A stretch of DNA of 64,000 nucleotides from Mobula hypostoma (taxonomy: Eukaryota). Shown here one piece after another: positions 39,601-48,918 of the stretch; within the stretch, counting starts at the first letter, position 1, and each line of letters opens with the position of its first letter. The position numbers and the translations under genes were made by a program. Under the pieces are notes generated by a model. That model was not told the DNA's origin, made no database searches, and worked only from the letters and a program-made list of their open reading frames with translations. The stretch is taken from positions 2,172,001-2,236,000 of the forward strand of contig NC_086101.1 in NCBI RefSeq assembly GCF_963921235.1, in the 5' to 3' direction.

Positions 39601-42600
39601 GCTGCCATTGGTATTCGGGAAATTGAAGTCACACGTGACAACCTGTTATCTGTTTCCCAGAGTCTCTGCTGCTATTGGGTGGTCTATCGAATACTCCCAG
39701 TGGAGTTACTGCTCCCTTCCTCTTTCTGACCGCAGCCTCACTGACTCAGTAGAAGATCCCTCCGTGACGTCCTCCATTTCTGCAGCGGTGGTACTATCCC
39801 TGATTGGCAATGCACTGCCCACCTCTTTGACCTCCCTCCCTCCCTCCCTTTTAGACGGCCTGGCACATCCAGCAGCCATTCCTGCCCTTTCCTCTGTGTC
39901 GGTCACAGTCTTGTAGCTCCATGTAGTGACCCACGCAGACTCTAAGTTCATCACCCTTGTTCCTGATACTTCACTTCAATTCATCCGCTGACTGCAATTT
40001 TGCCTAATCACCGGCCTGTCCTTCCTGAGTCTCACTGCACACTGTATCCACCTGTACACCAGCCTTCCCAACCTCTGACCTATTGCTCCAGGTCCCATCT
40101 CCCTGTCAGATTCGTTTAAACCTTCCCCAACAGCTCTGGCAAACCTGTCCACAAGGACATTGGTTTTCCTCGGCTTCATCTGTAACCCGTCCTTTGGGCT
40201 GTATCTTCCCCTGAAGAAGTCCCAATGATCTATAAATCTGATCCCCTGCCCCTGCACTGATCCCTCTGCCACTCATTCACCAGCCAGATCATTCTATTCA
40301 TCCTCACTGGCACGTGGGGCAGGGGGCAATCCAGAGATTACCACCCTGAAAATCCTACTTTTCAGTTTACTGCCCAACTCCCTATATTCTCTATTCAGGA
40401 CCTTTTTTTAACCTATATTGTTGGTACCAATATATACCCTAACTTTCAGCTGTTCATCGTCTCCCTTTAGGAAGATGTTGACCCAATGCGAGATCATAAG
40501 AGACAGGAGCAGGATGCAGCTCTGTATCATGGCTGCTCCATTTTCCTCTCGACACCATTCTCCGGCCTTCGCCCCATAATCACTGACATCCTGACCAATC
40601 AAGGACCTATCAATCTCTGCCTTAAATACACCCAGTGTCCCGGCCTCCACAGCTGCCTGTGGCAATGAATTCCACAGATTTCCCACCCTCCAGCTAAAGA
40701 AATTCCTCCTCATCTCTGCTCTAAATGGATGTCCCTCTGTTCTGAAGCCCTGTCCTCTGGTCTTAGACTCCCCCATAATAGGAAACATCCTCTTCACATC
40801 GACCCTATCAAGGCCTTTCGATGTTTGATAGGGTTCAACAATAGGTTTCCCCTCTCCCTCATTCTTCTGAATTCCAGTGAATACAGGCCCAAAGCCATCA
40901 AACACTCATTGTATGAGCCTTTGTATGACTCAACCTGCAAATTAACCTCATAGGGTCACTCAAGCTCTTTGCACCTCGGATTTTTGAAATTTCTCTCCCG
41001 TTGAGAAAACAGTCTATGCCTTTATCCCTCATACCAAAGTGCACTTCCTTCCCATCACTGTATTCAATCTGCTGTTTCTTTGCCCATTCTCCAAAGCTGT
41101 CTAAGTCCTTCTGTTTCCTCAACACTGCACATCTTCCTCATATCTTCTGCAAACCTGCCCACAAAGCCTTCAATTCCATCATCCAAGTCATTGACGTGCA
41201 ATGTAAAAAGAAGCGGAACACCAGCAGTCAATCTGAAAAAGCTCCCTTTACTCCTATTCTTTGTGTCCGGAACCCTTCTTGAATTTAGTGATTCTTGAAA
41301 TGCTTCCACAGTCTCTACCTTCAGATCTTCAGTTTCCCAAGTCCCTTCTCCCTAGTAATGGCAACTGCACTCACTTCTGCCCCCAACACCCTCAAACTTC
41401 TGGCATACTGCTTGTGTCTTCCACAGTGAAGACTGATACAAAATACTTGTTCATTTCATCTACCATTTCCCTGTCCGCCATTACTACCTCTTCAGCATCA
41501 TTTCCAGTGGTCTGATATCCACTCTTGCCTCACTTTTACACTATATATTTGAAAATCCTTTGGAATCCTCTTTGATATTATTAGCTGTCTTACCTTCATA
41601 TTTCATCTCTTATGGCTTTTTTAGTTTCCTTCTGTTGGTTTTTAAAATATTCTACTTTTCCACTAATGATGTTCCCTGTCTTTGGCTTTTATGTTGCCAT
41701 CGACTTCCCATGTCAGCAATGGTTGTGTCATCTTTCCTTTAGAATCCTTCTTCATCTTTGAGATGTATATATCCTGTGCCTTCCAAATTGCTACCAGAAA
41801 TTCCAGCTGTTGCTGCTCTGCCGTCATCCCTGCTAGTGTCCCCTTCCAACCAACTTTGGCCAATGCCTCTCTCTAGCCTCTGAAATCTCCCATACTCCAC
41901 TGCAATATTGAAACATTTCACTTTAGATAGATAGATGAGTTACTGATCGCAAAGGAAATTAAAGTGTCATAGATTACAAATATTAGAACAGAAGTAAGAA
42001 AGAATAAAAATAATAATAAATTTAAAAAGTGCTTCTCTCTCAAATGGCAGGATGAATTCTATCATATTATGATTGCTGTCTCCAAAGGGTTCCTTAAGCT
42101 TCCTAATCAAATCTAGGTCATTGGAGAACACCCACTCCAGATAGCTGAGCCCCTACAGGTCTCAACCATGAGCTGCTCTAAAAAGCCATCTGGGCACTCT
42201 TTGCATCCAGCACCAACCTGATTTTCCCAATCTATCTGCACATTGAAATCCCCCAGGACTATTGCAACATTGCCTTGTCTAACTCCTGTTGTAACTCTCA
42301 TCGGGGTCTGTATACCCTTGCTGCCTTGCAGATCTCTAGATCTGCCATAAAGAGCACATCACAGACCTTGGATCCATTCTGACTGCTCTAATTAGACAAA
42401 GAACGAGAAATCTGACAGTAATCTCAGCCTGGCCTGCGCCTCTTCTCACAGAAACCTCAAGGTGCTCCACCCTGACCCTGTCCGCTTGGGCCCTGGACGC
42501 GCCAGTTAAGCCTGACTTTTTTTTTAATTGGCTCTTGCCAAGTGCCCATTATCCAAAACTATCTCCAGAATGTCCCGAAAATCTAGCATTAAACTCCATA

Positions 42601-45600
42601 AGTGACTGTCTCAGATCTGGATTGTAATTGGAACTTGTATCTTGCAGGCTGATGTTCGTGAATGTGTCTCCTCTGGAAGAAAATTTCAGTGAATCACTGA
42701 ATGCCTTGCGTTTTGCCTGTCAGGTAGGCTAACTGTTCTCAGCTTGGGAGAGAATGTGAGTGGCAAGGTGAGGTCTGTGGGCGATAGCAAAACTGGTGGG
42801 ATGCAGAGGGTGAAAGGTTACCAGGGCTACAACAGGATCTAGGTGAACAGGGGTACGGGCCACAGATCAATATTTCATTGATCCCAAAGGAAATGGCAGT
42901 GTCACAGAAGCATTACAAGTGCACAGGTATACAAATATTAAATGAGAAGAAAGAAAGAATTAAAAAATAAGTTGCCCTCTGCTCTGGCTATAGGTTGACT
43001 CATTACAGAGAAACATAGAAACATAGAAAATAGGTGCAGGAGTAGGCCATTCGGCCCTTCAAGCCTGCACCGCCATTTATTATGATCATGGCTGATCATC
43101 CAACTCAGAACCCAGCCTTCCCTCCATACCCCCTGACCCCTGTAGCCACAAGGGCCATATCTAACTTCCTTTTAAACATAGCTAATGAACTGGCCTCAAC
43201 AGTTTGCTGTGGCAGAGAATTCCACAGATTCACCACTCTCTGTGTGAAGAAGTTTTTCCTAACCTCGGTCCTAAAAGGCTTCCCCTCTATTCTCAAACTG
43301 TGACCCCTCGTTCTAGACCTCCCCAACATCGGGAACAATCTTCCCGCATCTAGCCTGTCCAATCCCTTTAGGATCTTATACGTTTCAATCAGATCCCCCC
43401 TCAATCTTCTAAATTCCAACGAGTACAAGCCCAGTTCATCCAGTCTTTCTTCATATGAAAGACCTGCCATCCCAGGAATCAATCTGGTGAACCTTCTTTG
43501 TACTCCCTCTATGGCAAAGATGTCTTTCCTCAGATTAGGGGACCAAAACTGCACACAATACTCCAGGTGTGGTCTCACCAAGGCCTTGTACAACTGCAGT
43601 AGTACCTCCTTGCTCCTGTACTCGAATCCTCTCGCTATAAATGCCAGCATACCGTTCGCCTTTTTCACCGCCTGCTGTACCTGCATGCCCACTTTCAATG
43701 ACTGGTGTATAATGACACCCAGGTCTCGTTGCACCTCCCCTTTTCCTAATCGGCCACCATTAAGGTACCCCACTCCTCAGAAAGGAACAGCGTGTGTGTG
43801 AGTGGATTTTAGGTGAGTAGGGGGTTGCACAGGTCCAGACCCACCCTCTCGACATTCCCTCCTGATCCAGTGGCATGGTGGGGTCCAAGACGGCTGGGGG
43901 AAGTTCTGTTGCGGTGAATGGCCAGACCAAGCTTCGATGCGAGGGATGCCCTTTCCGCGCTTCACGGCACGTGTTTGCTAGATGGCCGTTGACCCTACGA
44001 GAGGGTTCATCCACCCTTTGACAGGTCTTGTTTTTCATCCTGCAGGGTGTCTGGCCACCCTCCTCACCAGGCAAGCCTGGAGGGGGAGCCGGTTTAGTCG
44101 CCGACCACCCGACCACGCGACAGGTAGTACTGGGTTACATGGTACCAGTAGCACGCAGACAAGTGACCTGACCAAGTTTTTTACATAGGGTGTCTAGGAA
44201 TGGGTTGCCAGCGACGCTGGTGGAGGCGGATACGATAGGGTCTTTTAAGAGACTCCTGGACAGGTACATGGAGCTTAGAAAAATAGAGGGCTGTGGGCAA
44301 CCCTAGGTAATTTCTAAGGTAAGGACATGTTCGGCAGAGCTTTGTGGGCCGAAGGGCCTGTATTGTGCTAGAGGTGTTTTATGTTTCTATGTAACTAACC
44401 CAAGAGTGTGGAAAAGATCATGACGAATGTGATTCTGAATCTCTGTGTACGGTGTCATTAATCCGGAGAGTGTGGAAAAGATCGTGGTGAATCTGATTCT
44501 GAACCTCTGTGTACGGTGTCATTAATCCGGAGAGAGTGGAAAAGATCGTGACGAATGTGATTCTGAATCTCTGTGTACGGTGTCATTAATCCGGAGAGAG
44601 TGGAAAAGATCGTGACGAATGTGATTCTGAATCTCTGTGTACGGTGTCATTAATCCGGAGAGTGTGGAAAAGATCGTGGTGAATCTGATTCTGAACCTCT
44701 GTGTACGGTGTCATTAATCCGGAGAGTGTGGAAAAGATCGTGACGAATGTGATTCTGAATCTCTGTGTACGGTGTCATTAATCCGGAGAGAGTGGAAAAG
44801 ATCGTGGTGAATCTGATTCTGAATCTCTGTGTACGGTGTCATTAATCCGGAGAGAGTGGAAAAGATCGTGACGAATGTGATTCTGAATCTCTGTGTACGG
44901 TGTCATTAATCCGGAGAGAGTGGAAAAGATCGTGGTGAATCTGATTCTGAATCTCTGTGTACGGTGTCATTAATCCGGAGAGAGTGGAAAAGATCGTGAC
45001 GAATGTGATTCTGAATCTCTGTGTACGGTGTCATTAATCCGGAGAGTGTGGAAAAGATCGTGGTGAATCTGATTCTGAACCTCTGTGTACGGTGTCATTA
45101 ATCCGGAGAGAGTGGAAAAGATCGTGACGAATGTGATTCTGAATCTCTGTGTACGGTGTCATTAATCCGGAGAGAGTGGAAAAGATCGTGACGAATGTGA
45201 TTCTGAATCTCTGTGTACGGTGTCATTAATCCGGAGAGTGTGGAAAAGATCGTGGTGAATCTGATTCTGAACCTCTGTGTACGGTGTCATTAATCCGGAG
45301 AGAGTGGAAAAGATCGTGGTGAATCTGATTCTGAACCTCTGTGTACGGTGTCATTAATCCGGAGAGAGTGGAAAAGATCGTGGTGAATCTGATTCTGAAC
45401 CTCTGTGTACGGTGTCATTAATCCGGAGAGAGTGGAAAAGATCGTGACGAATGTGATTCTGAATCTCTGTGTACGGTGTCATTAATCCGGAGAGAGTGGA
45501 AAAGATCGTGACGAATGTGATTCTGAATCTCTGTGTACGGTGTCATTAATCCGGAGAGTGTGGAAAAGATCGTGGTGAATCTGATTCTGAACCTCTGTGT

Positions 45601-48477
45601 ACGGTGTCATTAATCCGGAGAGAGTGGAAAAGATCGTGACGAATGTGATTCTGAATCTCTGTGTACGGTGTCATTAATCCGGAGAGAGTGGAAAAGATCG
45701 TGACGAATGTGATTCTGAATCTCTGTGTACGGTGTCATTAATCCGGAGAGTGTGGAAAAGATCGTGGTGAATCTGATTCTGAACCTCTGTGTACGGTGTC
45801 ATTAATCCGGAGAGAGTGGAAAAGATCGTGGTGAATCTGATTCTGAACCTCTGTGTACGGTGTCATTAATCCGGAGAGAGTGGAAAAGATCGTGGTGAAT
45901 CTGATTCTGAACCTCTGTGTACGGTGTCATTAATCCGGAGAGAGTGGAAAAGATCGTGACGAATGTGATTCTGAATCTCTGTGTACGGTGTCATTAATCC
46001 GGAGAGTGTGGAAAAGATCGTGGTGAATCTGATTCTGAACCTCTGTGTACGGTGTCATTAATCCGGAGAGAGTGGAAAAGATCGTGACGAATGTGATTCT
46101 GAATCTCTGTGTACGGTGTGATTAACCCGGAGAGGGTGCAGAAGAGATTTCCCGTGTTGTTGCCAGCGATGTTGTGAGAGAGTTTGCGTAGGCTGGGGAT
46201 GTTTTCCTGATGTGAAGGAAACTGATGAGCGAGCAGGAGAGGTTTCTGAAATGATGAGGAAATGTGGATTACTGGAGAGGGAAGCCTAAATCTAGTCGGC
46301 AGAGGTTTAAAGTGAGTTGGGAAACATTTGGCAGTGCTTAGAGGCTGTGGGGTTCGAGGTGACATTGGTATCATGGTTTCCCTACCACTATCACAGTGGT
46401 ATGGGGGGGAAGGTATTTGAGATGACACTGATATCCCTAACACTATCACGGTGAGGTGGGGGGAGGTATTCGAGGTGACACTGGTGTCGTGGTTACCGTA
46501 ACACCATTACGGTGGGGTGGGGGGAAGATATTCGAGGTGACACTGGTGTCGTGGTTACCGTAACACCATTACGGTGGGGGTGGGGGGAGGTATTCGAGGT
46601 GACACTGGTGTCGTGGTTACCGTAACACCATTACGGTGGGGTGGGGGGAGGTATTCGAGGTGTCGTGGTTACTGTAACACCATTACGGTGGGGTGGGGGT
46701 AGGTATTCGAGGTGACACTGGTGTCGTGGTTACTGTAACACCATTACGGTGGGGTGGGGGGAGGTATTCGAGGTGACACTGGTGTCATGGTTACCGTAAC
46801 ACCATTACGGTGGGGTGGGGGTAGGTATTCGAGGTGACACTGGTGTCGTGGTTACTGTAACACCATTACGGTGGGGTGGGGGGAGGTATTCGAGGTGACA
46901 CTGGTGTCATGGTTACTGTAACACCATTACGGTGGGGTGGGGGGAGGTATTCGAGGTGTCGTGGTTACTGTAACACTATTACGGTGGGGTGGGGGGAAGG
47001 TATTCGAGGTGACACTGGTGTGGTTACTGTAACACCATTACGGTGGGGTGGGGGAAGGTATTCGAGGTGACACTGGTGTCGTGGTTACCGTAACACCATT
47101 ACGGTGGGGTGGGGTGGGTATTCGAGGTGACACTGGTGTGGTTACTGTAACACCATTACGGTGGGGTGGGGGGAGGTATTCGAGGTGACACTGGTGTCGT
47201 GGTTACTGTAACACCATTACGGTGGGGTGGGGGGAGGTATTCGAGGTGTCGTGGTTACTGTAACACCATTACGGTGGGGTGGGGGGAAGGTATTCGAGGT
47301 GACACTGGTGTCATGGTTACTGTAACACCATTACGGTGGGGTGGGGGGAGGTATTCGAGGTGTCGTGGTTACTGTAACACCATTACGGTGGGGTGGGGGG
47401 AAGGTATTCGAGGTGACACTGGTGTCGTGGTTACTGTAACACCATTACGGTGGGGTGGGGGAAGGTATTCGAGGTGACACTGGTGTCGTGGTTACTGTAA
47501 CACCATTACGGTGGGGTGGGGGAAGGTATTCGAGGTGACACTGGTGTCGTGGTTACTGTAACACCATTACGGTGGGGTGGGGGAAGGCATTCGAGGTGAC
47601 ACTGGTGTCGTGGTTACTGTAACACCATTACGGTGGGGTGGGGGAAGGTATTCGAGGTGACACTGGTGTCGTGGGCAGATGAGTGACGTGGGTTTGTTGG
47701 GTCAAAAGGTCCCATTCCCGTGTTGTTATCTCGGAATAAATTTATACGTCTGCCTGAGGAAGGTGTGGTGACTTTTTATCCAGCATAGAGCATATCTTTT
47801 CAGCCCACAAAGTGTGCTGCCTAGCAACACACCAATTTAACCTTGGCCTAATCATAGGAGAACCTAAAATTACTGATTAACTTTGGACTGGGAGGAAACC
47901 AGAGCCCACACGGTCGCAGGAAGCAGGCAGAAATGTGCTTACAGAGGGCACCAGCATTGAACTCTGAACTCCAACACCCTGAGCTGTAATCATCACTACC
48001 CCACGTTTCAGCGCAGTGGGACTGGTACACGGATCGGGGAGCTTCCGTCAGCATCTGGGTTGGATTGCAGGATGGAGGAGGGGTCAGCAGATCACTGAGG
48101 GTTTGCTGCAGCCTCCGGGAATATCTGAGGAGCTGGGCTCCATGTGGCTCACTGCATCTTTCAGCTGAGTTAGTGAGATTCTAGTTGCAGTGCTTCTAAT
48201 CAGGAGAGATGAGATGATCTGCAGTCTAAGATTGCGCTGATGTGCCAGGGGTTATAGGTGAGGTGCAGAGTGTCTAACCTCTCCTGCTTGGGGAAACCCA
48301 GCCCCCCATATCTCTATCTTCCCGTCAGAACCTCAAAGATATTAAACTTGAAATGTCATTGTCCATGAAGTGGGGGAACAGGAATATTTCACCCTGTCTC
48401 TTCTGGTACCCATCCCTGTCTAGGTGAACGAGTGTGTGATTGGGACTGCACAGGTGAACCGTAGACACATCATGTGA
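3511..48477 (+). CDS. KIFC1: Kinesin-14 minus-end motor KIFC1 (HSET/XCTK2-like), 5'-partial, 14 spliced coding exons, about 589 aa in window
   Basis: All introns are GT-AG with matching phases; exons total 1770 nt = 589 aa + TGA. Motifs: [36 protein letters not shown] (kinesin-14 neck), [39 protein letters not shown]. Confidence 0.95.
3681..8252. repeat. G-rich minisatellite, ~36-38 bp unit GGGTAAACTGTGCCCTCGGGGCGGTACGGACAGGGGGT, about 120 copies
   Basis: Direct reading; fills about 96% of intron 3626-8366. Confidence 0.97.
8367..8441 (+). CDS. KIFC1: KIFC1 exon, tail ([25 protein letters not shown])
   Basis: ttttccgcag acceptor, CAG|gtatgg donor, 75 nt, phase 1-1, open frame joins both neighbours. 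Confidence 0.75.
8840..9115 (-). mobile_element. Penelope-like pLTR remnant with degenerate hammerhead
   Basis: cacaaaatgctggaggagctca...acagtcaacaccttgggccaggacccttcttcaaactagaaagg, the reverse of the motif seen at 63859. Confidence 0.7.
9131..9385. repeat. Tandem repeat, 64-65 bp x 4
   Basis: Units start at 9131, 9195, 9260, 9325 (ctgagtcaggatcacagctgggtga...ctcagactgggtta). Confidence 0.9.
9640..9850. repeat. Degenerate tandem repeat, ~43-47 bp x 4-5
   Basis: Recurring ggttggagattggatctttcatc...gttgtagatgggcaca. Confidence 0.8.
10340..10790 (-). mobile_element. Old non-LTR element 3' fragment (possibly Rex1/Babar-like)
   Basis: Recalled similarity only (...ctgcttgggga...tttgagtctggtg...); no ORF support. 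Confidence 0.35.
10836..11028 (+). CDS. KIFC1: KIFC1 exon ([18 protein letters not shown]...ELEDKLQ), start of coiled coil
   Basis: ctttcacag-type acceptor, CA|gttagt donor, phase 1-2; conserved [11 protein letters not shown] motif. Confidence 0.93.
11734..11890 (+). CDS. KIFC1: KIFC1 exon, coiled coil (LLEPLVQ...AVVKALK)
   Basis: gttcag acceptor, AAG|gtaatg donor, phase 2-0, E/L/Q-rich heptads. Confidence 0.9.
12945..13355 (+). mobile_element. Penelope-like element 3' remnant (ORF end, CT-rich tract, degenerate hammerhead)
   Basis: gagcaacaccttattctgtctgggtagcc (EQHLI..LGSL-like), then ccagtcctaaagaaaggtcttggtccgaaac and ...ctccagcattttgtgtgtgttg. Confidence 0.7.
13447..13614 (+). CDS. KIFC1: KIFC1 exon, coiled coil and neck (ATLSCKEEE...[13 protein letters not shown])
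   Basis: gtccag acceptor, AAG|gtacag donor, 168 nt, phase 0-0. Confidence 0.95.
13830..17027 (+). mobile_element. Near-full-length decayed CR1 LINE with internal RT deletion
   Basis: ORF1 esterase-like LPGARVWDV...[12 protein letters not shown]2 endonuclease VGDFNFP, LDLVL, SDH; jumps at ~16302 from PLFKKG region to EVIHFG region; 3' tail present. Confidence 0.93.
17030..18690. mobile_element. Mosaic of CR1 fragments: minus 17030-17700, plus 17700-18200, minus 3' end 18205-18690
   Basis: [13 protein letters not shown] (-), gattctaactttcc GDFN-like (+), [13 protein letters not shown] (-). Confidence 0.85.
17841..18026 (+). mobile_element. tRNA-derived SINE inserted in a CR1 fragment
   Basis: A box tgaccaagtggttaagg, B box gagttcaagcccc, then CORE-like gtgtccttgagcaagacacttaatc; host reads ctctatta|...|gaccacccaacag. 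Confidence 0.8.
18794..18913 (+). CDS. KIFC1: KIFC1 exon, motor start ([11 protein letters not shown]...TLLKQE)
   Basis: ctgcag acceptor, GAG|gtaaga donor, 120 nt. Confidence 0.95.
19409..19525 (+). CDS. KIFC1: KIFC1 exon ([21 protein letters not shown]...DISQLVQ)
   Basis: Pyrimidine tract then aaag acceptor, CAG|gtaatg donor, 117 nt, FSFDRVF motif. Confidence 0.92.
19690..21250 (-). mobile_element. Two decayed CR1 3' fragments; local ~137-bp duplication at 20182 and 20319
   Basis: [30 protein letters not shown]; agaagccaccttatcaccctgtg occurs twice. Confidence 0.85.
21430..21702 (+). mobile_element. V-SINE/HE1-like SINE
   Basis: gttcaattcc B box, gtaaggagtttgtatgt...gtttcctctggtgctcccgtttcctccca V-like domain, A-rich end. 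Confidence 0.7.
22195..22368 (+). CDS. KIFC1: KIFC1 exon, P-loop ([26 protein letters not shown]...MGWV)
   Basis: tttcag acceptor, GTG|gtgagt donor, 174 nt. Confidence 0.97.
24135..25960 (-). mobile_element. 5'-truncated CR1 LINE nested in an older plus-strand CR1 3' end
   Basis: [27 protein letters not shown]; (CAATAGA)n tail at 24135; near-identical to 34373-36195. Confidence 0.93.
26215..26382 (+). CDS. KIFC1: KIFC1 exon ([19 protein letters not shown]...ETQEE)
   Basis: tttcag acceptor, GAG|gtgtgt donor, 168 nt, EIYNE motif. Confidence 0.96.
26540..26795 (+). mobile_element. V-SINE/HE1-like SINE
   Basis: ggggttcagtccc...gtaaggagt...gggtttctccgctttccttccacag, tail aaataaaaataaaa. Confidence 0.65.
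27001..27139 (+). CDS. KIFC1: KIFC1 exon, switch I (VYKLIAIAK...[13 protein letters not shown]...CT)
   Basis: ccacag acceptor, T|gtgagt donor, phase 0-1. Confidence 0.96.
27163..27830. repeat. Palindromic minisatellite of mixed ~23-bp and ~38-bp units (AACCATCTGTCATTGAG[TTCTGATGGATGGTT])
   Basis: Direct reading; roughly 20 AACCATCTGTCATTGAG-like cores. Confidence 0.92.
28030..29970 (-). mobile_element. Decayed CR1 fragments (3' ends and ORF1 region)
   Basis: ctgggaaaaagtct, gtcattggtacccac (VGTND reversed), ccagctccagctcc. Confidence 0.75.
28850..29130 (+). mobile_element. 3' end of a Rex1/Babar-like non-LTR element with (TATGAC)n tail
   Basis: Ends aatttcccccgggatcaataaagtatgactatgactatga; interrupts a CR1 ORF1 remnant. 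Confidence 0.6.
30458..30597 (+). CDS. KIFC1: KIFC1 exon, switch II ([12 protein letters not shown]...MSLSNK)
   Basis: ttcctag acceptor, AAG|gtaagg donor, phase 1-0. Confidence 0.96.
30640..31230 (+). mobile_element. Old CR1 3' fragment
   Basis: gagggtgcagaccagtttcaccaggat...tttttacacggagtggtg...gcacaacattgtgggccgaagg. Confidence 0.75.
31427..33400. repeat. Minisatellite, 109-bp unit (104-bp variant), about 18 copies
   Basis: ORF starts recur every 109 nt; ends 86 nt before the exon at 33487. Confidence 0.97.
33487..33560 (+). CDS. KIFC1: KIFC1 exon ([24 protein letters not shown])
   Basis: tttccag acceptor, GT|gtaagc donor, phase 0-2. Confidence 0.96.
33590..34320 (-). mobile_element. Old CR1 RT fragments
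   Basis: [27 protein letters not shown]. Confidence 0.75.
34373..37745 (-). mobile_element. Near-full-length, relatively young CR1 LINE (ORF1 3' part, ORF2 EN+RT), few frameshifts
   Basis: Consecutive ORFs: DGLHLN (ORF1 esterase), [39 protein letters not shown]; (CAATAGA)n tail. Confidence 0.96.
38015..38530 (+). mobile_element. CR1 3' end inserted in an older minus-strand CR1 (37760-38790)
   Basis: [20 protein letters not shown]...[14 protein letters not shown]; tail ttttctatgtttctgtg. Confidence 0.9.
38790..39316 (+). mobile_element. Penelope-like element 3' remnant with degenerate hammerhead
   Basis: ccattttaattcc...ggagcaggaacaccttg, CT-rich tract, ccagtcctgatgaa...aaaacatcaact, ctccagcattttgtgtgtgttg. 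Confidence 0.7.
39330..42310 (-). mobile_element. Nested decayed CR1 copies
   Basis: [11 protein letters not shown] (ORF1), [41 protein letters not shown]. Confidence 0.85.
42648..42723 (+). CDS. KIFC1: KIFC1 exon ([25 protein letters not shown])
   Basis: ttgcag acceptor, CAG|gtaggc donor, phase 2-0. Confidence 0.96.
43009..43760 (-). mobile_element. Young 5'-truncated CR1 3' end with (GAAACATA)n tail and uninterrupted ORF2 C-terminus
   Basis: ORF 43105-43773 is open: [13 protein letters not shown]...[14 protein letters not shown]. Confidence 0.95.
44175..44395 (+). mobile_element. CR1 3' UTR and terminal fragment
   Basis: Near-identical to 2608-2832. Confidence 0.9.
44399..46135. repeat. 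Minisatellite, 64-bp unit x 27, two variant types
   Basis: CCGGAGAGTGTGGAAAAGATCGTG(GTGAATC/ACGAATG)TGATTCTGAA(C/T)CTCTGTGTACGGTGTCATTAAT. Confidence 0.97.
46355..47675. repeat. G-rich minisatellite, ~61-bp unit with ~51-bp deletion variants, about 22 copies
   Basis: TATTCGAGGTGACACTGGTGTCGTGGTTACTGTAACACCATTACGGTGGGGTGGGGGGAGG. Confidence 0.95.
47780..48010 (-). mobile_element. V-SINE/HE1-like SINE remnant
   Basis: ctttggactgggaggaaaccagagc...cacacggtcgcagg...gcttacagag, reverse of the 21430 copy. Confidence 0.55.
48424..48477 (+). CDS. KIFC1: KIFC1 last coding exon ([17 protein letters not shown])
   Basis: ctgtctag acceptor; resembles the vertebrate KIFC1 C-terminus VNQCVIGTAQANRK; TGA at 48475-48477. 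Confidence 0.93.
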   Translation: MNECVIGTAQVNRRHIM

Positions 48478-48613
48478 GTGAACTGGTACCCAAAGCCGAG
48501 AAATGTATCGCATCTTCAGTAACATTGCGTCTCCTCAATCGCTCTCTTTGCTTACCAGCTCTTGGGCTCTTTTTTTAATTACTATTTCAATCAATTTTAT
48601 TGGTATTTTAATC

Positions 48614-48619
48614 AATAAA
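48614..48619 (+). terminator. KIFC1 polyadenylation signal AATAAA
   Basis: 136 nt after the stop, U-rich upstream, GT-rich tract (ttgtttgtgtc) downstream. Confidence 0.75.
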
Positions 48620-48918
48620 GATGAATTTGTTATGTCAGCTTGTTTGTGTCTCTCTCTGCACACTGACCCTAACCCTGACCTCAGGACTAGCAGAGCATTT
48701 GGATATACTGAGTGTTCATGGCAGCCAGCTTTCTCCTCACGAATTTGTGGGCGGTTGTATGTACAGATTCCAAGCTGTTTTGGTGGAAAAGACACGCTCA
48801 AATCATCCTTCCCTTGAAACACTGCACTCTGTTCTGAGGCACGACCTGTCCTGGGGGGAGGTTTCTGCAGGTCGCAGGTCCCAGCTCCTCATTTCTGCTG
48901 TGATGGGGTCCTGACTTA

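Noticed and set aside
44060..44110. Twister ribozyme on the minus strand
   Set aside because: Lacks the conserved GUCCCAAGC-type L4 loop; kept only as an unexplained structured element.
3511..48477. KIFC1 as a pseudogene because of repeat load
   Set aside because: All 14 exons splice in frame with canonical sites, no internal stop and intact ATPase motifs.
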